Shown one piece after another: positions 25,588-39,703 of a stretch of 64,000 nt of DNA. Source of the stretch: Camelus ferus (lineage: Eukaryota); the NCBI RefSeq assembly GCF_009834535.1, contig NC_045696.1, positions 77,564,001 through 77,628,000 on the forward strand, read 5' to 3'. The number at the start of each line of letters is the position of its first letter. The first letter of the stretch is position 1. The position numbers and the translations under genes are program-made. Under the pieces are notes generated by a model that worked only from the letters and a program-made list of their open reading frames with translations, was not told the DNA's origin and did no database searches.

Positions 25588-26082
25588 GTATGATAGATTG
25601 TTTGCAAAAATGGTGACAATTACTCTCCTCCCTGTCTGCAGGCTACCTCAAAATAGAATTTGGCAATTCTTCCAATCAAGAGGTGGGATGGAACACACAT
25701 TCCCCTATGTGCTGAATCGGGTTTGGCCTTAATGAATGTGATATATATGGTGAGCTCATGCCTCAGAGTTTCTGGCGTGTTTCATGTCTTCCTCTGGAAC
25801 CCTGCCAAGCCCCCATGTGAAAATCCTGGGTTAGCCTTCCGGGAAAAGAGAACACACAGAGCAGAGGGGAGCTGTTCTGCTGAGGCCTTCCTGTATTAGC
25901 TAGTCCCAAGCCAAGCAGGCAGCAGACGCACTGGCTGCAGACAAACACAGTCAGGAGATGACAGATCCCAGCCTGGCCCAGGCCAGAAGAAGTGTCTAGC
26001 TCAGGCCTGCCTAATGGCCATGTTGAGTAGTTATTTTAAGCCACTAAATTTTGAGTGACTTTGGAGCAGTGGATAACAGACG
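25588..26082 (+). mobile_element. MLT1 (F/G/H-like) solo LTR
   Basis: gattgtttgcaaaaatgg..atcaagaggtgg..ttttaagccactaaattttg..gataacagac. Confidence 0.75.
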
Positions 26083-27543
26083 TAACTCGGTAGTGTTTTT
26101 CTTCCCCGTTGGAAAGGAAGGGCTCATGTTGCTATAGGCATCACGTCTCTTATTTCCTGTGAGTACCACTGACAGAGCACAATGTATGATGTGCATTTGA
26201 CAGTTCTTTAAATGACTGGCTGAATTCAGAAGACACTTGTGGAAAACTGTGCCCAACAGTCCTCGTAAGTAATTTAATTACAAAGTGAAGATATCTGTGT
26301 TGATACATTAGGAGCTTTAAAATCTGTATGGACTGCCAAGTGGGATTTTTCCACTGAACAAAAAATGTTAGTTAACCAATCCAGCATATGGTTTGTTTGT
26401 TTCTTTTAAATATAGATCGTCTTACTGAGTTATGGCCCAAGAAATGGAAAAAATGATTCTGTTTCCAGTACAATTACATTTAAAATAGAACAAAGACGAG
26501 TAGAGAGAGTAAACAATTCTATTCTAGACTTCTCGGTCCATCTAACTACATTGTTTCTCGAGAAGTTTCCTGAGAAAGATGATTTTTTTTTTAAGAATAT
26601 TTAAGGAAGGTGATCTCTGAGCGACACAGTTTGTGATGGTCTATCAGCAAAGAAAAATTAGATTTCTGCACTCAAAACGATTCCATTGAATCAAAATGGG
26701 AGACAGAAATCAGACAAGATTAAAACAATCCTTAGCATCTTCTAAAATTTGGAGATGGTGATACAGTTAACCATGATTTTTCATACTCGTTCAATTGGTT
26801 TTTTTTGTTTTGTTCTTATTTCAGTTTCATCCTTGCAGTTTTCTTTCCATTGTACCTCTGAATATATGGATGACCTACATTTCAATATTTGTATAACTTT
26901 TCTTTCTTACTTGGAGCTCATTTCTCTTAGTATTTCAGCAGTTAGGGCCTGTCACCCTCCAAGGACAATTTCATCTGAATACCCTACCGGCACTTGTCAA
27001 TTAACATAGGATGCATTTCCTTCAATCCAGACCTCCAAATATTTGCACCTGTGTTTTCTCCATTACTCTTTCCTTACCTTCATTACCTTTAGTGAACAAT
27101 AATGCTGAGGCCACAAAACCAAACAAAATGAGTAATTCATTTTTTATTCCAGTAATGAAAAAGGTGTGAACTATTTGCTTTAGAAAGCTCACTCTAAAGG
27201 CAAAATTTATAACGTAGGCTCTGTCTATTTAAACAAGGTGAGTGAGTGAGCCAATATTGATCTTCCTGCCTCACTTTGCTCAACAGTCCTTATTAAACTT
27301 CTAATATGAGGAGGTCACTGTGTTAGGTGCTCAGGGATAGCAAAGAGAAGTTTACGGTCTATGTTGAAAGCCAAGCATATAATCAATAATTTAAATTATT
27401 AACTTATTTTCCATATAAAGCACTTAGAATATTATATGGTATGAAATTATTTAATTTTATATTTTACAATAATTTTCACTTTATTCTGTGTATATGTATA
27501 TATGTATAGATATGTATAGATACATAGTTAGAAAATACTGTTT

Positions 27544-28009
27544 TGTTATGTAAACAAAGAATGCTGCCTGCCATTCTACTTCCACAAGGGTCAAGCCATC
27601 AATCACTGCAGTTGCCCACTGACAATGCACCTTGAGGGGAATTCAGGATGGAGAAAAACACAAAGCATTCTGTGCTTTAGATACTGTCCCTAGATAGTTA
27701 AGATGCATATCTAAAGAATAATTTCAGTGTACCCAGATTCTTGCATCTTCCCATACGCATACATGCACTAAAATCATTAACTTGAGATGTCTGTTCTTTG
27801 TGATTAGCAAAATCTTTTGATGTTCAACTACCTTTTTTCCCAAGGAGGGGGGGGACCTCATATATATAGTGGCTCCTCCCTTATCGCTCTGGAACACATG
27901 CCTCAGAGCTATCTGAGAGGCGGTCTCCTGAGTTATAGTCCTCAGTAAGGTCCCTTGATAAAACTTAACTCACAAATTTTACGTTGTGCATTTTCTCGTT
28001 CAGTTGACA
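27544..28009 (+). mobile_element. Cetartiodactyl ERV1 solo LTR
   Basis: TG...CA termini; TATA-like tatata at ~27861; U5-type end ttatagtcctcagtaagg..ttgtgcatttt..cagttgaca; near 4-bp TSD gttt/gctt. Confidence 0.8.
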
Positions 28010-28249
28010 GCTTTCAGTGGTTTTGTGTTTCTTGTCTTCCTAACTACATCATACCCTTCATGTTCTATAACATTTATCACACTGTGTACTCTTTATGGGC
28101 ATGTAATAAATACAAAGTCTATAAATATTCTATGTGACATTCAGCATATGCCTTACAGTTTGGAGAAAAAGCTCCAGGAGTCTGTCCTAATGCTATGTAT
28201 ATAACTTGATTCATCTGATTTCAGTTGTCATAATACTGATTCAGATAAT

Positions 28250-28670
28250 AGTCCTAATTAAGTCAGCATAAGGTAATTCTTTAATCAAATATATTATTTT
28301 AGTAATGGGCATATGACCAGATCTTGGCAATAAAATTTGAAGGAATATTTTTTTTTGGAGGCTTCTAAGAGCAGTAGTATCTTGCATTTCTGAGAGAACA
28401 ACCAAAAGCTAACCCTTTCTCCCCTTTGGAATATATACAGTATGGATATGAAATCTGTAAATCCTACGTTTTGTTTCTACCTTGAAATGATACCATGTAA
28501 GGCAGAGCTGAGAGACAGAGAGAAACTTACTCCTTGGTGATATGATAGAAATGCTAAATCAAACCAACCTAGAATCCATTCTTCCTCTTGACTTTCAATT
28601 ATGTGAGTCTACTATTTTACTCTGTAAGCCAACTTGAGTAGTTTTTGGCAACACTCAATCAAATGTATCC
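28250..28670 (+). mobile_element. MLT1J/K-like decayed LTR
   Basis: ggcagagctgagagacagagagaaac..tgactttcaattatgtgag..taagccaacttgagt. Confidence 0.65.
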
Positions 28671-30170
28671 ATGTAGACAATTTTATTGACTATGTAGTTA
28701 TTAAAAACAGATCTATATATTTCTTAATAACTATAATGAGCTTATCTGATCAAAATAATTTAGATAATTCATTAAGTTGACATTTGAAAATGGCTGCCTT
28801 AAGGTAATAAATGAATGGTTTCTCTTGAATAGCAAGTATATTATTCAAGATAATCTGCAAACTTCAAAATCAACAGAACATTAAAATGTTTGCTTAATTT
28901 TAGCCAGAAGAAATACATAAGTATTAAGTTGATTGATTGATCTATTCAAACCATGAATGTTGAATCACAAAGGTTGAAGGTATTTAATGAAGGAATGCCT
29001 TACGGTAAAATTACTCACAAACAGTAGAAAGATAACCTTTCACATTTTACAGAATTGTTAAACTTGTTACTAAACATCCATTTTGAAAGTGTGACAATAA
29101 AGAATCCTTTCTTTAGCCAAGTAAATTTGCTCACAGTTTACTGGTGCATTACTATCTGTAAGTATTTTCGCTACCATAATGGTTTATGCCAGTAAACAAA
29201 TGGATCACTATATAATTTACTGTGAAAATTTTAAAAATTAAAATAATCTGATTTTGAAATACTTAAAAATTTTCAAACTACAAGTACCAGATAGGCAAAT
29301 TTCTATTATGTTGAAGCTGATCATAAAAAATCCACCTAGATTGTGAGTAAATAGTAGAAATGTTAGTTCTTTGCTCTGGGAACCCTAAAAGAAGATGTAT
29401 TCATCTGTACTCTCAGCCATGGGTGTCAGAGGGTTGAAGTGGTTCTGCAGATACTCGACTCAAAGAAGATACACATTTGGTTGTACAGGTCAAAAATTAC
29501 CTATTTAAGAAAAAAGCATACTTATTGAATGTGTGTACATATGTAAATACTACATATACATATACATGTAATAGTTTACAGTAGCGATGAAAAACACTGA
29601 GAACAAGGCAGTAACCAAGGGAAGCCGAGTATCACAAGAATACCACCAAGATTTTGCTATAGAAACATGTTTAGGGCATTGATGTTTCCGACACTCCCAC
29701 CGCCACCACTTCATCAAAAATACTTCTCCAGCGTGGCAGCGTTGCTCTCTCTTCACCTTTGTGCCACCATTGCCAGAATCTTGATCCACAACTAGCATGA
29801 ATAATCTTGAACTGCCTCTACATCTTTGCCTCACTTCTTTCAGACATAACATCCTGGGAGAGCTCATCCAGTTGACTGAACTGAGGTCATGTGCTTGTAC
29901 CTCAACTTAGGAACAAAATGCCTAGATTCTCACCTTCTGTGGGGAGGTAAGCCCAGCTTTCCACCAGGCTCACAGGGACTTCCCTTCATAGGGGAAAGAA
30001 ATTTTGATATCAGGCAGATTTTTAAAAAAATTTTAAAACAGCAACCCAATAAACATCTACTACACTAATGATGGGAAGGAAAACTCTATTTCAATAGGGT
30101 TGTCTTGGAATTACCATCTAGATTGCTGCCCTACTGCATTGCAGTTTTTTCCCTTTTATTAAATGTCAGC

Positions 30171-30672
30171 TTTTCACCATTAAGTATGATAGCTGCGGCA
30201 TTGTCATATATGGCCTTTATTATGTTGAGGTATGTTCCATCTGTGCCCACTTTGAGTTTTTATCATAAGTGAATGTTGAATTTTATCAGGAGCTTTTTCT
30301 GCATCTACTGAGATGACCATGTTTTTTATTCTTCAATTTGTTGATGTGGTGTATGTATCACATTGATTGATTTGTGGGTATTGAAAAATGCTTGCATCCC
30401 TGGGATAAATCCCACTTGATCATGGTGTTTGATCATTTTAATGCATTTTTGGAGTCGATTTGCTAGTATTTTGTTGAGGATTTTTGCATCTATATTCATA
30501 AGGGATAGTGATCTGTATTTTTCTTTTTTGGGATATCTTTGGTTTTGGCATCAGGGTGATGGTGGCCTTATAGAACTAATCAGATTATACATCTGAAGTA
30601 TGTGTAGCTTACTGTACAGAAATTAGACCAGAATAGAGTTGTTTTTAAAAAATAAAAAGCAGTCTCTGAAAA
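30171..30672 (+). mobile_element. L1 with inverted ORF2 segment (30171-30575, minus) joined to a short 3' end and tail (plus)
   Basis: RT-region antisense sequence is followed by an L1M-type 3' terminus and A-rich tail. Flanked by aaatgt(c/t)agc at 30161-30170 and 30673-30682. Confidence 0.7.
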
Positions 30673-31390
30673 AAATGTTAGCAAGTGCTCTAAAATATGG
30701 CAGCAGTGTTTAGCAAATTGAGTGTGTATAAGAATAACGTGAGAAATTTAAAAACTGCTCAGGGGATTCAGATGCAATGTGTCTGGGATGACTTTTAGGA
30801 GTATATATTTTTTCCCCTGCTCTCATGCTTAAACCTATTGGGAAACATTCATATATACTTAGAAATTCCCTCTGGTGAGTTTTGTATTTACCAAGAGGTC
30901 TTGGTTTGTTCCCAAACTTGTCTGTTCTAGTGGCATGTTATTAAGTACAAAATTACATGATTTATTTAACATTATATTTATATTAAGTGTGAAAGAAACT
31001 TATTCCTGTGAAAATGAACCTCAGTGCTTTGGGAATCCAGCTACTGACTCTGACAGGTACTAATGCGAGCATAGGTTTCTTATAGTCTGGATGAACTAGT
31101 GCGCAAATTTGATGAATTTCAGAAAGGAGCTCAACTATTCATGTTCATGCTTTGCCAAGGCAAACTTTGTTGATTCTCTTCAGTGCAACCATGGCATGTG
31201 GCTAATGGCTTCATTATATACCATTTGATGGATACTTGTCTCTCCTTAGACAGAACTCAAAAGCAGAGAGTTTCTTGTTCATTGTGCATTTCTCCAGGTT
31301 TCTAAGAAGTAGATATGGAATATATTTAATGGCATAAATTAATAATGGTGTTAATAATAACTGCTAATATTTTGTGAGCATTTAATATAT

Positions 31391-31440
31391 TGTAGGGAGT
31401 ATGCCACCCAAACATGCTGCTTTGTTTTTTGGCTTTTTTC

Positions 31441-31483
<43 letters not shown>

Positions 31484-33444
31484 TTTTTTTTTTTTTTAAG
31501 TATAGTCAGGTTACAACATTGTGTCAGTTTCTGGTGTACAGCACAATACTTCAGTCATACATGAACATACATATATTCATTTTCATATTCTTTTTCACCA
31601 TGAGTTACCACAAGGTATCGAATATAGTTCCCAGTGATATACAGCATGAACTTGTTCTTTATCTATATATCAGTTAGTATCTGAAATCTGTAACTCCCAA
31701 TTTATTGTAAATGTATAACTTCCCCCTCCATTCCTCCCCCCGTAACCTCTATGAGAGTCTGTTTCTGTTTTGCAAATAAGTTCGTTTGTCTTTTTTTTTT
31801 TTCCAGATTCCACATATGTGATATCATGTTGTATTTTTCTTTGTTTTTCTGGCTTATTTCACTTAGAATGAGAATCTCTAGTTCCATTCATGTTGCTGCA
31901 AATGGCATTATTATTCTTTTTTATGGCTGAGTAGTTTTCCATTGTATAAATATACTAAAACTTACTTATCCAGTCATCTGTCAGTGCACATTTATGTTGT
32001 TTCTATGTCTTGGTTATTGTATATAGTGCTGCTATGAACATTCGGGTGCATGTATCTCTTTGAATTAAGGTTCCTTCTGGATATACGCCCAGAAGTGGGA
32101 CTAGTGGATCATATGGTAAGTCTGTATTTCATCTTCTGAGGAATCTCCATACTGTTTTCCATTAACAGCTGCAGCAAACTACATTCCCACCAACAGTGTA
32201 GGAGGGTTCCCCTTTCTCCACAGCATCTGCAGCATTTATCATTTGTGGACTTCTAAATGATGGCCATTCTGACTGGTGTGAGGTGATATCTCATTGTACT
32301 TTTGATTCGCATTTCTCTGATAATTAGTGATATTGAGCATTTTTTCATGTGTTTATTGGCCATTTGTATGTCTTCATTGGAGAATTGCTCTTTAGGTCTT
32401 CTGCCCATTTTTGGATTAGGTTCTTTGTTTTTTTCTTACTAAGTTGTATGAGCTGTTTATACATTCTGGAAATTAAGCCCTTGTCAGCCTCATCTTTTGC
32501 AAATATTTTCTCCCATTCCTGTAGGTTGTCTTTTTGCTTTGCTTATGGTTTCCTTTGCTGGGCAAAAGCTTCTAAGTTTAATGAGGTCCCATTTTTTTAT
32601 TTTTGCTTTTATTTCTATTGCCTGGGTAGACGCCCTAGGAGAACATTGCTGATATTTATGTCAGATAATGTTTTGCCTATGTTTTCTTTTGAGAGGTTAT
32701 AGTGTCTTGTCTTATGTTCAAGTCTTTAAGCCATTTTGAGTTGATTTCTGTGTATGGTGTGAGGGAGTGTTTTAACTTCATTGATTTATATGCAGCTGTC
32801 CAGTTTTCCCAACACCATTTGCTGAAGAGACTGCCTTTACTCTATTGTATGTTCTTGCCTCCTTTGTCAAAGAGTAATTGATCAAACGTTTGGATTTATT
32901 TCTGGGCTCCCTGTTCTGTTCCATTGATCCATATGTCTGTTTTTTTACTAATACCATGCTGTTTTAATTACTGTAGCTCTATAGTATTGAAGACAACTGA
33001 GAAGCTATATACAGAAGAAGTCTGTATCCTCCCCCAACCATTAATTACTGGAGATGAATCTAGACTCTTATCAGCCCACAGACACCACCAAGAGGAATCA
33101 ACTTAACAAATACTACTAAAACAATTCTCATCATCCTTTAGTTTCCTTCATGTTATTTCCCTTCGCTTGGTTTACTACCCTTGGAAGTCTAAAACCCCTT
33201 TTCAGGGGGTCTTGTCACTTCTCTAAAAATTCATTACTCTTTTTTAAGGCACTGTATATGCCCAAGTTCTGATCACCCCTTTGAGATACTCATCACTGAA
33301 TTTCTTTTGTGTTGATGTGTGCTTCCTGTATTAATAAACTGCTTTTCTCTTGTTAATCTGTCTTCTGTCACTCTAATTTGTAGGGACCCAGTCAAAGAAT
33401 TTAGGGTGGTAGAAGAAAAGGTGCTTTTTCTTTCCTCCCCTATA
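31391..33444 (+). mobile_element. MER34-like ERV1 solo LTR, interrupted by an L1
   Basis: Starts tgtagggagtatgccacccaaacatgc; ends ttttctcttgttaatctgtctt..tttcctcccctata; 4-bp TSD ATAT at 31387-31390 and 33445-33448. Confidence 0.85.
31425..32990 (-). mobile_element. Young 5'-truncated L1; tail contains a (TG)n microsatellite at 31443-31481
   Basis: Poly-T then aagtatagtcaggttacaac 3' end, followed by ORF2 C-terminal sequence. Confidence 0.92.
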
Positions 33445-34044
33445 ATATTCTTAGCAGTATCCTAAGCATTTTGAATATTTTAGCTCATTTAATCCTTAAA
33501 ACAACTTAATGCCAAATATACCATTAGTATATCAATTTTATAGAGAAACAAAAGGGCACAGAGAGATTAGCTTATCTAACATCACACAGCCCTTAAGTAG
33601 CAGAGACAAGATTTAGAAAATCACATGGTTGAAACAGTTTTAATTTGATTATCTGTTTCTGTTTTGGGACATATTAAAATCGTATTTCAACACGCACTAA
33701 GCTTGAAACTCAAATTGCCAGAGTATAGCAAACCCCAAACTTAGAATAACTCAGAGCATCATCTCTAGGAAAATGGTAAATAAATTGTTCTCCCTACTCC
33801 ATGACAATGATCCCCTTTCAAAATCAAGTTAGAAGGTTAGAGATACTTGCCTGAGGATGTGTTCTAACAAAAGAGGGAGTTGATCACAGATATTAAGTAC
33901 TTCACCCACCCCCAACACTTAAAATCTATGTCTCTTTTTTTAGTATCAAATTATCTAAATATTATAACATTTAAGTAGATACTATAACTGAAGACTTCAT
34001 ATCTGAGGTTGACTCATTTTCTGGTGTGTGGGTTTTCATTTTCG

Positions 34045-37000
34045 TTATTGAAGTATAGTATGTCCTTGTAGCGTATTTACTTTATACACATAGGTTGTAC
34101 CTGATAATCACCTATCCCTATTTGGCGCCTCCCCTCTTCTCTCTCCCCACTGGTAATCACTAGTTTGTTCTCTATATCTGAGTCTGTTTTGTTTTGGTTA
34201 TATTCACTTGTTTGTTTTATTTTTTAGATTCCATGTATGTGATATCATATAGTATTGGTCTTTCTCTGTCTGAATTATTACCTGCAATCCCATCCATGTT
34301 GTTGCAAATGGCAAAATTTCATTCTTTTTAATGGCTGAGTAGTATTCCATTGTGTGTGTATGTATACACACCACATCCTCTTTATCCATTCACCTATTGA
34401 AAGACACATAGGTTGCTTCTGTATCTTGGCAATTGTAAAAAAAAAAATATGTTGCTATGAATATTAGGGGGTATGTATCTTTTCAAATTAGTGTTTTCAC
34501 TTTTATCAGATATATACCCAGGAAAACTGCTGGGTCATATGGTAGTTCTGTTTTTAGTTTTTGAGGAACCTCCATACTGTTTTCCACAGTTGTTGCTCCA
34601 ATTTACATTCCTACCAACAATGTACAAGGGTTCCCTTTTCTCCACATCCTAGCCAATATTTGTTATTTGAGGCCTTTTGATGATAGCCATTATTAAAGCT
34701 GTAAGGTGACTGCATGATGATTTTAATTTGCATTTCTCTGATAATTAATGTTGAGCATCTTTTCATATGCCTGTTGGCCATCTCTATGTCTTCTTTGGAA
34801 AAATGTCTATTCAGGTTTTCTGCTCATTTTTAAATTGGGTTGTTTGTTTCTTTGATACTGAGTTATATGAGCTGTTTATATATTTTGGATATTAACTCAT
34901 TATTGCTCATATTATTAGCAAATATTTTCTCCCACTTAGTAGGTTGTCTTTTCATTGCATTGATGGTTTCTTTGCTGTGAGACAGCTTTCAAGTCAAATT
35001 AGGTCCCATTTGTTAATTTTCCTTTTACTTCCTTTGCTTTAGGGGACAGGTCCAAAAAAATCACCACAATTTACGTCAAAGAGTGTTTCGCCTGTGTTTT
35101 CTTCTAGGAGTTTTATAGTATCCAGTATTACAGTTAGGTCTTTAATCCATTTTGAGTTTATTTTTGTATATGATGTTAGAGAATGTTCTAATTTCATTCT
35201 TTTACATGTAGCTGTCTAATTTTCCCCACACCACTTACTGAAGAGAGTGCCTTTTCTCTCTTGTATATTCTTGCCTCTTTTTTAAAAATAGATTTACAAG
35301 AAGTGCATGTGTTTATTTCTGGGCTTTCTATCCTATTCCATTGATCATTGTGTCTGTTTTTGTGCCAGTACCATACTGTTTTGATTAGAGTCTAAAGTCA
35401 GGGCATGATTCTTCTAGCTCTGTTCTTCTTTCTCAAGATTGTTTTGGCTGTTGAGGGTCTTCTTTGTTTCCCTGCAATTAAAAGAATTTTTTTGTTCTAG
35501 TTCTGTGAAAAATGTCATTTTTATTTTGGTAGAGATGACATTGAATCTGGAGATTGCCTTGGGTTGTATGGTCATTTTAACAATACTGATTTTTGAAGTC
35601 CCTGAACAGAGTATATTGTTCCATCTGTATGTGTTATTTTCAATTCCTTTCATCAGCATCTTAACAGTGTTCTGAGTACAGATCTTTTGCCTCCTTACGT
35701 AGGTTTATCCTAGATATTTTATTCTTTTTTATATGATGGTAAATGGGATTGTTTCCCTAATTTCTCTTTCTGATGCTTGTTAGTGTGGCTAAAGGTTTAT
35801 CAATTTTATCTTTTCAAAGAACCAGCTTTCAGTTTTATTGATCTTTTCTATTGTTTTTAGTTTATATTGCATATATTTCTGCTCTAATTTTTATGATTTC
35901 TTTCCTTCTTTTAACTTTGGTTTTGTTGTTGTTTTTCTTTCTCTAGTTGCTTTAGGTGTAAGGTTAGGTTGCTTGAGATTTTTCTTGTTTCCTGAGGAAA
36001 ACTTGTAAGGCTAAAAACTTTCCTCTTACAAGTGCTTTTGCTATGTCCCATAGGTTTTGGATCACTGTGTTTCATATTCATTTGTCTCATTATTTTTTAA
36101 TTTCCTCTTTGATTTCTTCAGTGATCCTTTGGTTATTTAGAAGTATGTTGTTTAGCCTCCATGTCTTTGGGTTATTTGCAGGGTTTTTTGTTTGTTTTGT
36201 AGTTCACTTCTAGTCTCATAGTTTTGTGGTCGGGAAAGATGCTTGATGTGATTCCATTTTCTTAAATTTACCAAGTCTCATTTTGTGGCCTATCATATGA
36301 TTTCTCCTGGAGAATGTTCTATGGGCACCTGAAAAGAATGTATATTTTTCTGCTATTGGATGAAATATTCTATAAACAATTAAATCCATTTGGTCTAATT
36401 TGTTATTTAAAGCCTGTGTTTCCTTACTGATTTTCTGTCTGGATAATCTGTCCATTGATGTAAGTGGAGTATTAAGGGCCCCTACTATTATTGTGTAACT
36501 TTGGATTTCTTCTTTTATGTCAGTTAATATTCACCTTATATATTGCAGTGCTCACATTTATGCTGGATGCATATATATTTACAGTTGTTATACCTTCTTC
36601 CTGGATTGATGCCTTGATCATTATGTAGTGTCCTTTATCTCTTGTAACAGTCTTTATTTTAAAGTCTATTTTGTCTGATAAAACTATTGCTACTCTGGCC
36701 TTCTTTTTATTTCCATCTGTGTGAAATACATTTATCCATTCCCTCACTTTCATTATGTATGTGTCTGTAGATCTGAAGTGAGTCTTTCCAAGGCAGCATA
36801 TATATGTGGGTCTTGTTTTGAATCCTTTCAGCCAGTCTACTACATCTTTTGGTTGGAGTATTTAGTACATTTACATTTAAGGCAATTTCCAATATGTATG
36901 TTCTTATTGCCATTTTGTTAATTGATTTGATTTGTTTTTGTAGGTCTTTTTTCCCCCTCTTCTTTTTGTTCTCTTCACTTGTGATATGATAACCATCGTC

Positions 37001-39703
37001 AATGTAATGTTTGGATTCCTTTTTCTTGTGTGTGTGTATGTGTGTTTATTACAGATTTTTGGTTTGTGGTTACCATGAAGACTTTGTATAGCAGTCTATA
37101 TATAAACAAGATTGTTTTAAGTTGGTGATCTCTTAAATTCAAATGTATTTGAGATGTACTGTGCTTGTACTCTCTTCCTCTTAGCATTAATGTTTTTGAT
37201 ATCATTTTACATCTAATTATTTTATGCATCTCTAACTGCTTATTGTGGATAATACTTCTGTCTTTAACTTCCCTACTAGTTTTGTGTGTGGATGATTTCC
37301 TACCTTTACTATATGTTTGCCTTTACCAGTGAGCTTTTTCATTTCATAATTTTTTGTTTGTTTGTTTCTAATGTGGCCTTGTTATTTTGCCTAAAGAAGT
37401 TCCTTTAACATTTGTTGTGAATCTTATTTGGTGGTGCTGAATTCTTTTAGCTTTTGCTTGTCTGTAAAACTTGTAATTCTGCCATCACATCTGAATGAGA
37501 ATCTTGCTGGGTAGATTACACTTGGTTGTAGGTTTTTCTCTTTCATCACTTTATATTCTGCCACTGCTGGCCTGCAGAGTTTCTGCTGAAAAATCAGCTG
37601 ATAGTTTTATGGGAGTTCCCATGTAAGTTGTTTGTTGCTTTTCCCTTGCTGTTTTTAGCGTTCTCTTTAATTTTTGTCATTTGATTAGTGTTTCTTTGTG
37701 AGTGTTCCTCTTCAGGCTAATGTATGAGATTCTCTGCACCTCCTAGAATTGAATGCCTGTTTTCTTTCCCAGGCTAGGGAAGTTATCTCTAGCTATTGTC
37801 TCTTCATTTTCTCAGGTGCTTTCTCTTTCTCTCTTCCTCTGGGATCCCTTCAATGTGAATATTAGCGTTCTTGATGTTGTCCCAGAAGTGTCTTAAACTG
37901 TCTTCATTTCTTCTCATTCTTTCTTTCTTTTTTCTGTTCAGCAGCAGTGATACCCATTACTCTGTCTTCCAGCTCACTGATCTGTTTTTCTGTATCATTT
38001 AGTCTACTGTTGATTCCTTCTAGTATTTTTATTTCATTTATTATATTTTTCATCTCTGGTTGTTCTTTATATTTTCTTACTCTTTAAAACTTCTAACTTC
38101 TCGCCCTGTGCATCCATTCTCCTCCTGAGTTCGTTGATCATCTTTATGATCATTACTCTGTACTCTTTCTTGAGTAGATTGTTCATTTACACTTCACTTA
38201 ATTCTTCTTCTGGAGTTTTATTTTTCCTTAGAACATATTCCTCTGCAGCCTCATTTTGTCTAAGTTGCTATGTGCATTTTTTTGTATGTGGTAGGTTATT
38301 TACATTTCTCCACCTAAGAGAGGTGGACCTCTGTAAGAGACATCTTACGTGTCCCAGCTGTGCATTTCTCTCTCATCACCCAGGTTGTGTCCTCTAGGGC
38401 TTCTCTGTGAGAGTGCTGCACAGGTCCCTCTGCTGTGGCAGGCTGACTATGTTGGCAGACTGGTAGGTTTGGATAGCCCCAAGTCTAGTTGGTTGCCTGG
38501 TTCTGCCTTGTGTGGATGTTGCTGGCTGCTATTTAGTGGGGCCTGGGCATGAGGTGGGTGGTTGTGGAACCCTGTGTGTTCTGGGGCTAGTGCAGGCTCA
38601 CTGGTAGTAGGAGTTAGAATCCCAAAGACTCTGGGGCTGTTGCCCACCCACTGGCAGGCAGAGCTGGTTCCTGGAGTCCGGCTACAGGGCCCAGGGATGT
38701 TAGAGCTCATTTCAGATAATTGGTGGGGGAGGAGGATGCAGTTCCTGACACAGGTGGGTATGGAGTCTGGGGTATCCCAAAGATGATACCGGCCTGCTCG
38801 TGGGCAGGGCTGGGGCCAACTGGTCTAGAGGCTTGTGAAGGCTTCCTGGTGGGAGGGCTGGTGCCTGCCTACTGGTGGGTGGAGTTGAACCTTGGCCCTC
38901 AGGTAGGCAGGGCAATCAGTGTTCAGGAGTATGTCTAGAGATAATTGTGGGCTCAGGAAGTCTTCAGGCAGCCTGTCTGCCGATGAGTGGCACTGTGTCC
39001 TCACTCAGTGCGCCAGCATCAGGACCTGAAGGCTATTTGGTGGGGCCAGGTCTTGGCACCAATGATCTAATATACCAGCTGCCAGGAGTGTTCACACAGT
39101 TAAATGGTGCCCAATATGTCTGCCTCCAGTGTCTGTGTCCCCAGAGTGAGCTGCACTCACCTCTGCTCCCCACCCCCACCCCAAGGAGACGCTCCAAAAC
39201 TAGTAGATAGGTCTGGCCCAGGTTCAGGTTCCTATTAAATTACTGCTTTTGCTTTGGGTCCCAGGACACATGAGATTTTGTGTGTGCCTTTTAAGAGCAA
39301 AGTCTCTGTTACCCCTAGTCCTGTGGGGCTCCTGTAGTAAAGCCCTCCTGGCCTTCAAAGACAAATGCACTGAAGGCTCATCTTTCTGGTGCCAGACTCC
39401 TGGGCTGGGGAGCCTGACCTGGGGCTCAGAACTCTCACTCCTGTGGGAGAACTTCTGCAACATAACCATTCCCCTGTTTGTGGGCCACCCACCCAGGGGA
39501 TATAGGATTTGATTATATTGCAAGTCAGCACCACCTCCCCCGCCCCCCATCCATCTTGTTGTGGTTCCTTCTTTAGGTCTGTAGTTGTAGAAATCTTTTC
39601 TGGCAGATTTCAGTCTTCTACATCAACGGCTGTTCTGCAGATAGGCCCTGAGCTCACCTCCTCTTACAAGCACACTAAAATCAGAGCTGCCTCACCATTT
39701 GGC
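34045..39703 (-). mobile_element. Decayed near-full-length L1 (5' UTR, ORF1, ORF2 with internal RT deletion near 35785, 3' UTR)
   Basis: EN peptides IALNVNVLNTPTKR and VAIVLSDKIDFKIKTVTRDKGHYIMIK; GC-rich 5' UTR at 38.3-39.7 kb; many stops and frameshifts. Confidence 0.9.

Larger units (their letters stand above)
31350..33615 (-). mobile_element. MIR split by an LTR (pieces ~31350-31390 and 33445-33615)
   Basis: ataataactgctaatattttgtgagcattt ... tagctcatttaatcctt..aagggcacagagagatt..atcacacagc. Confidence 0.7.
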
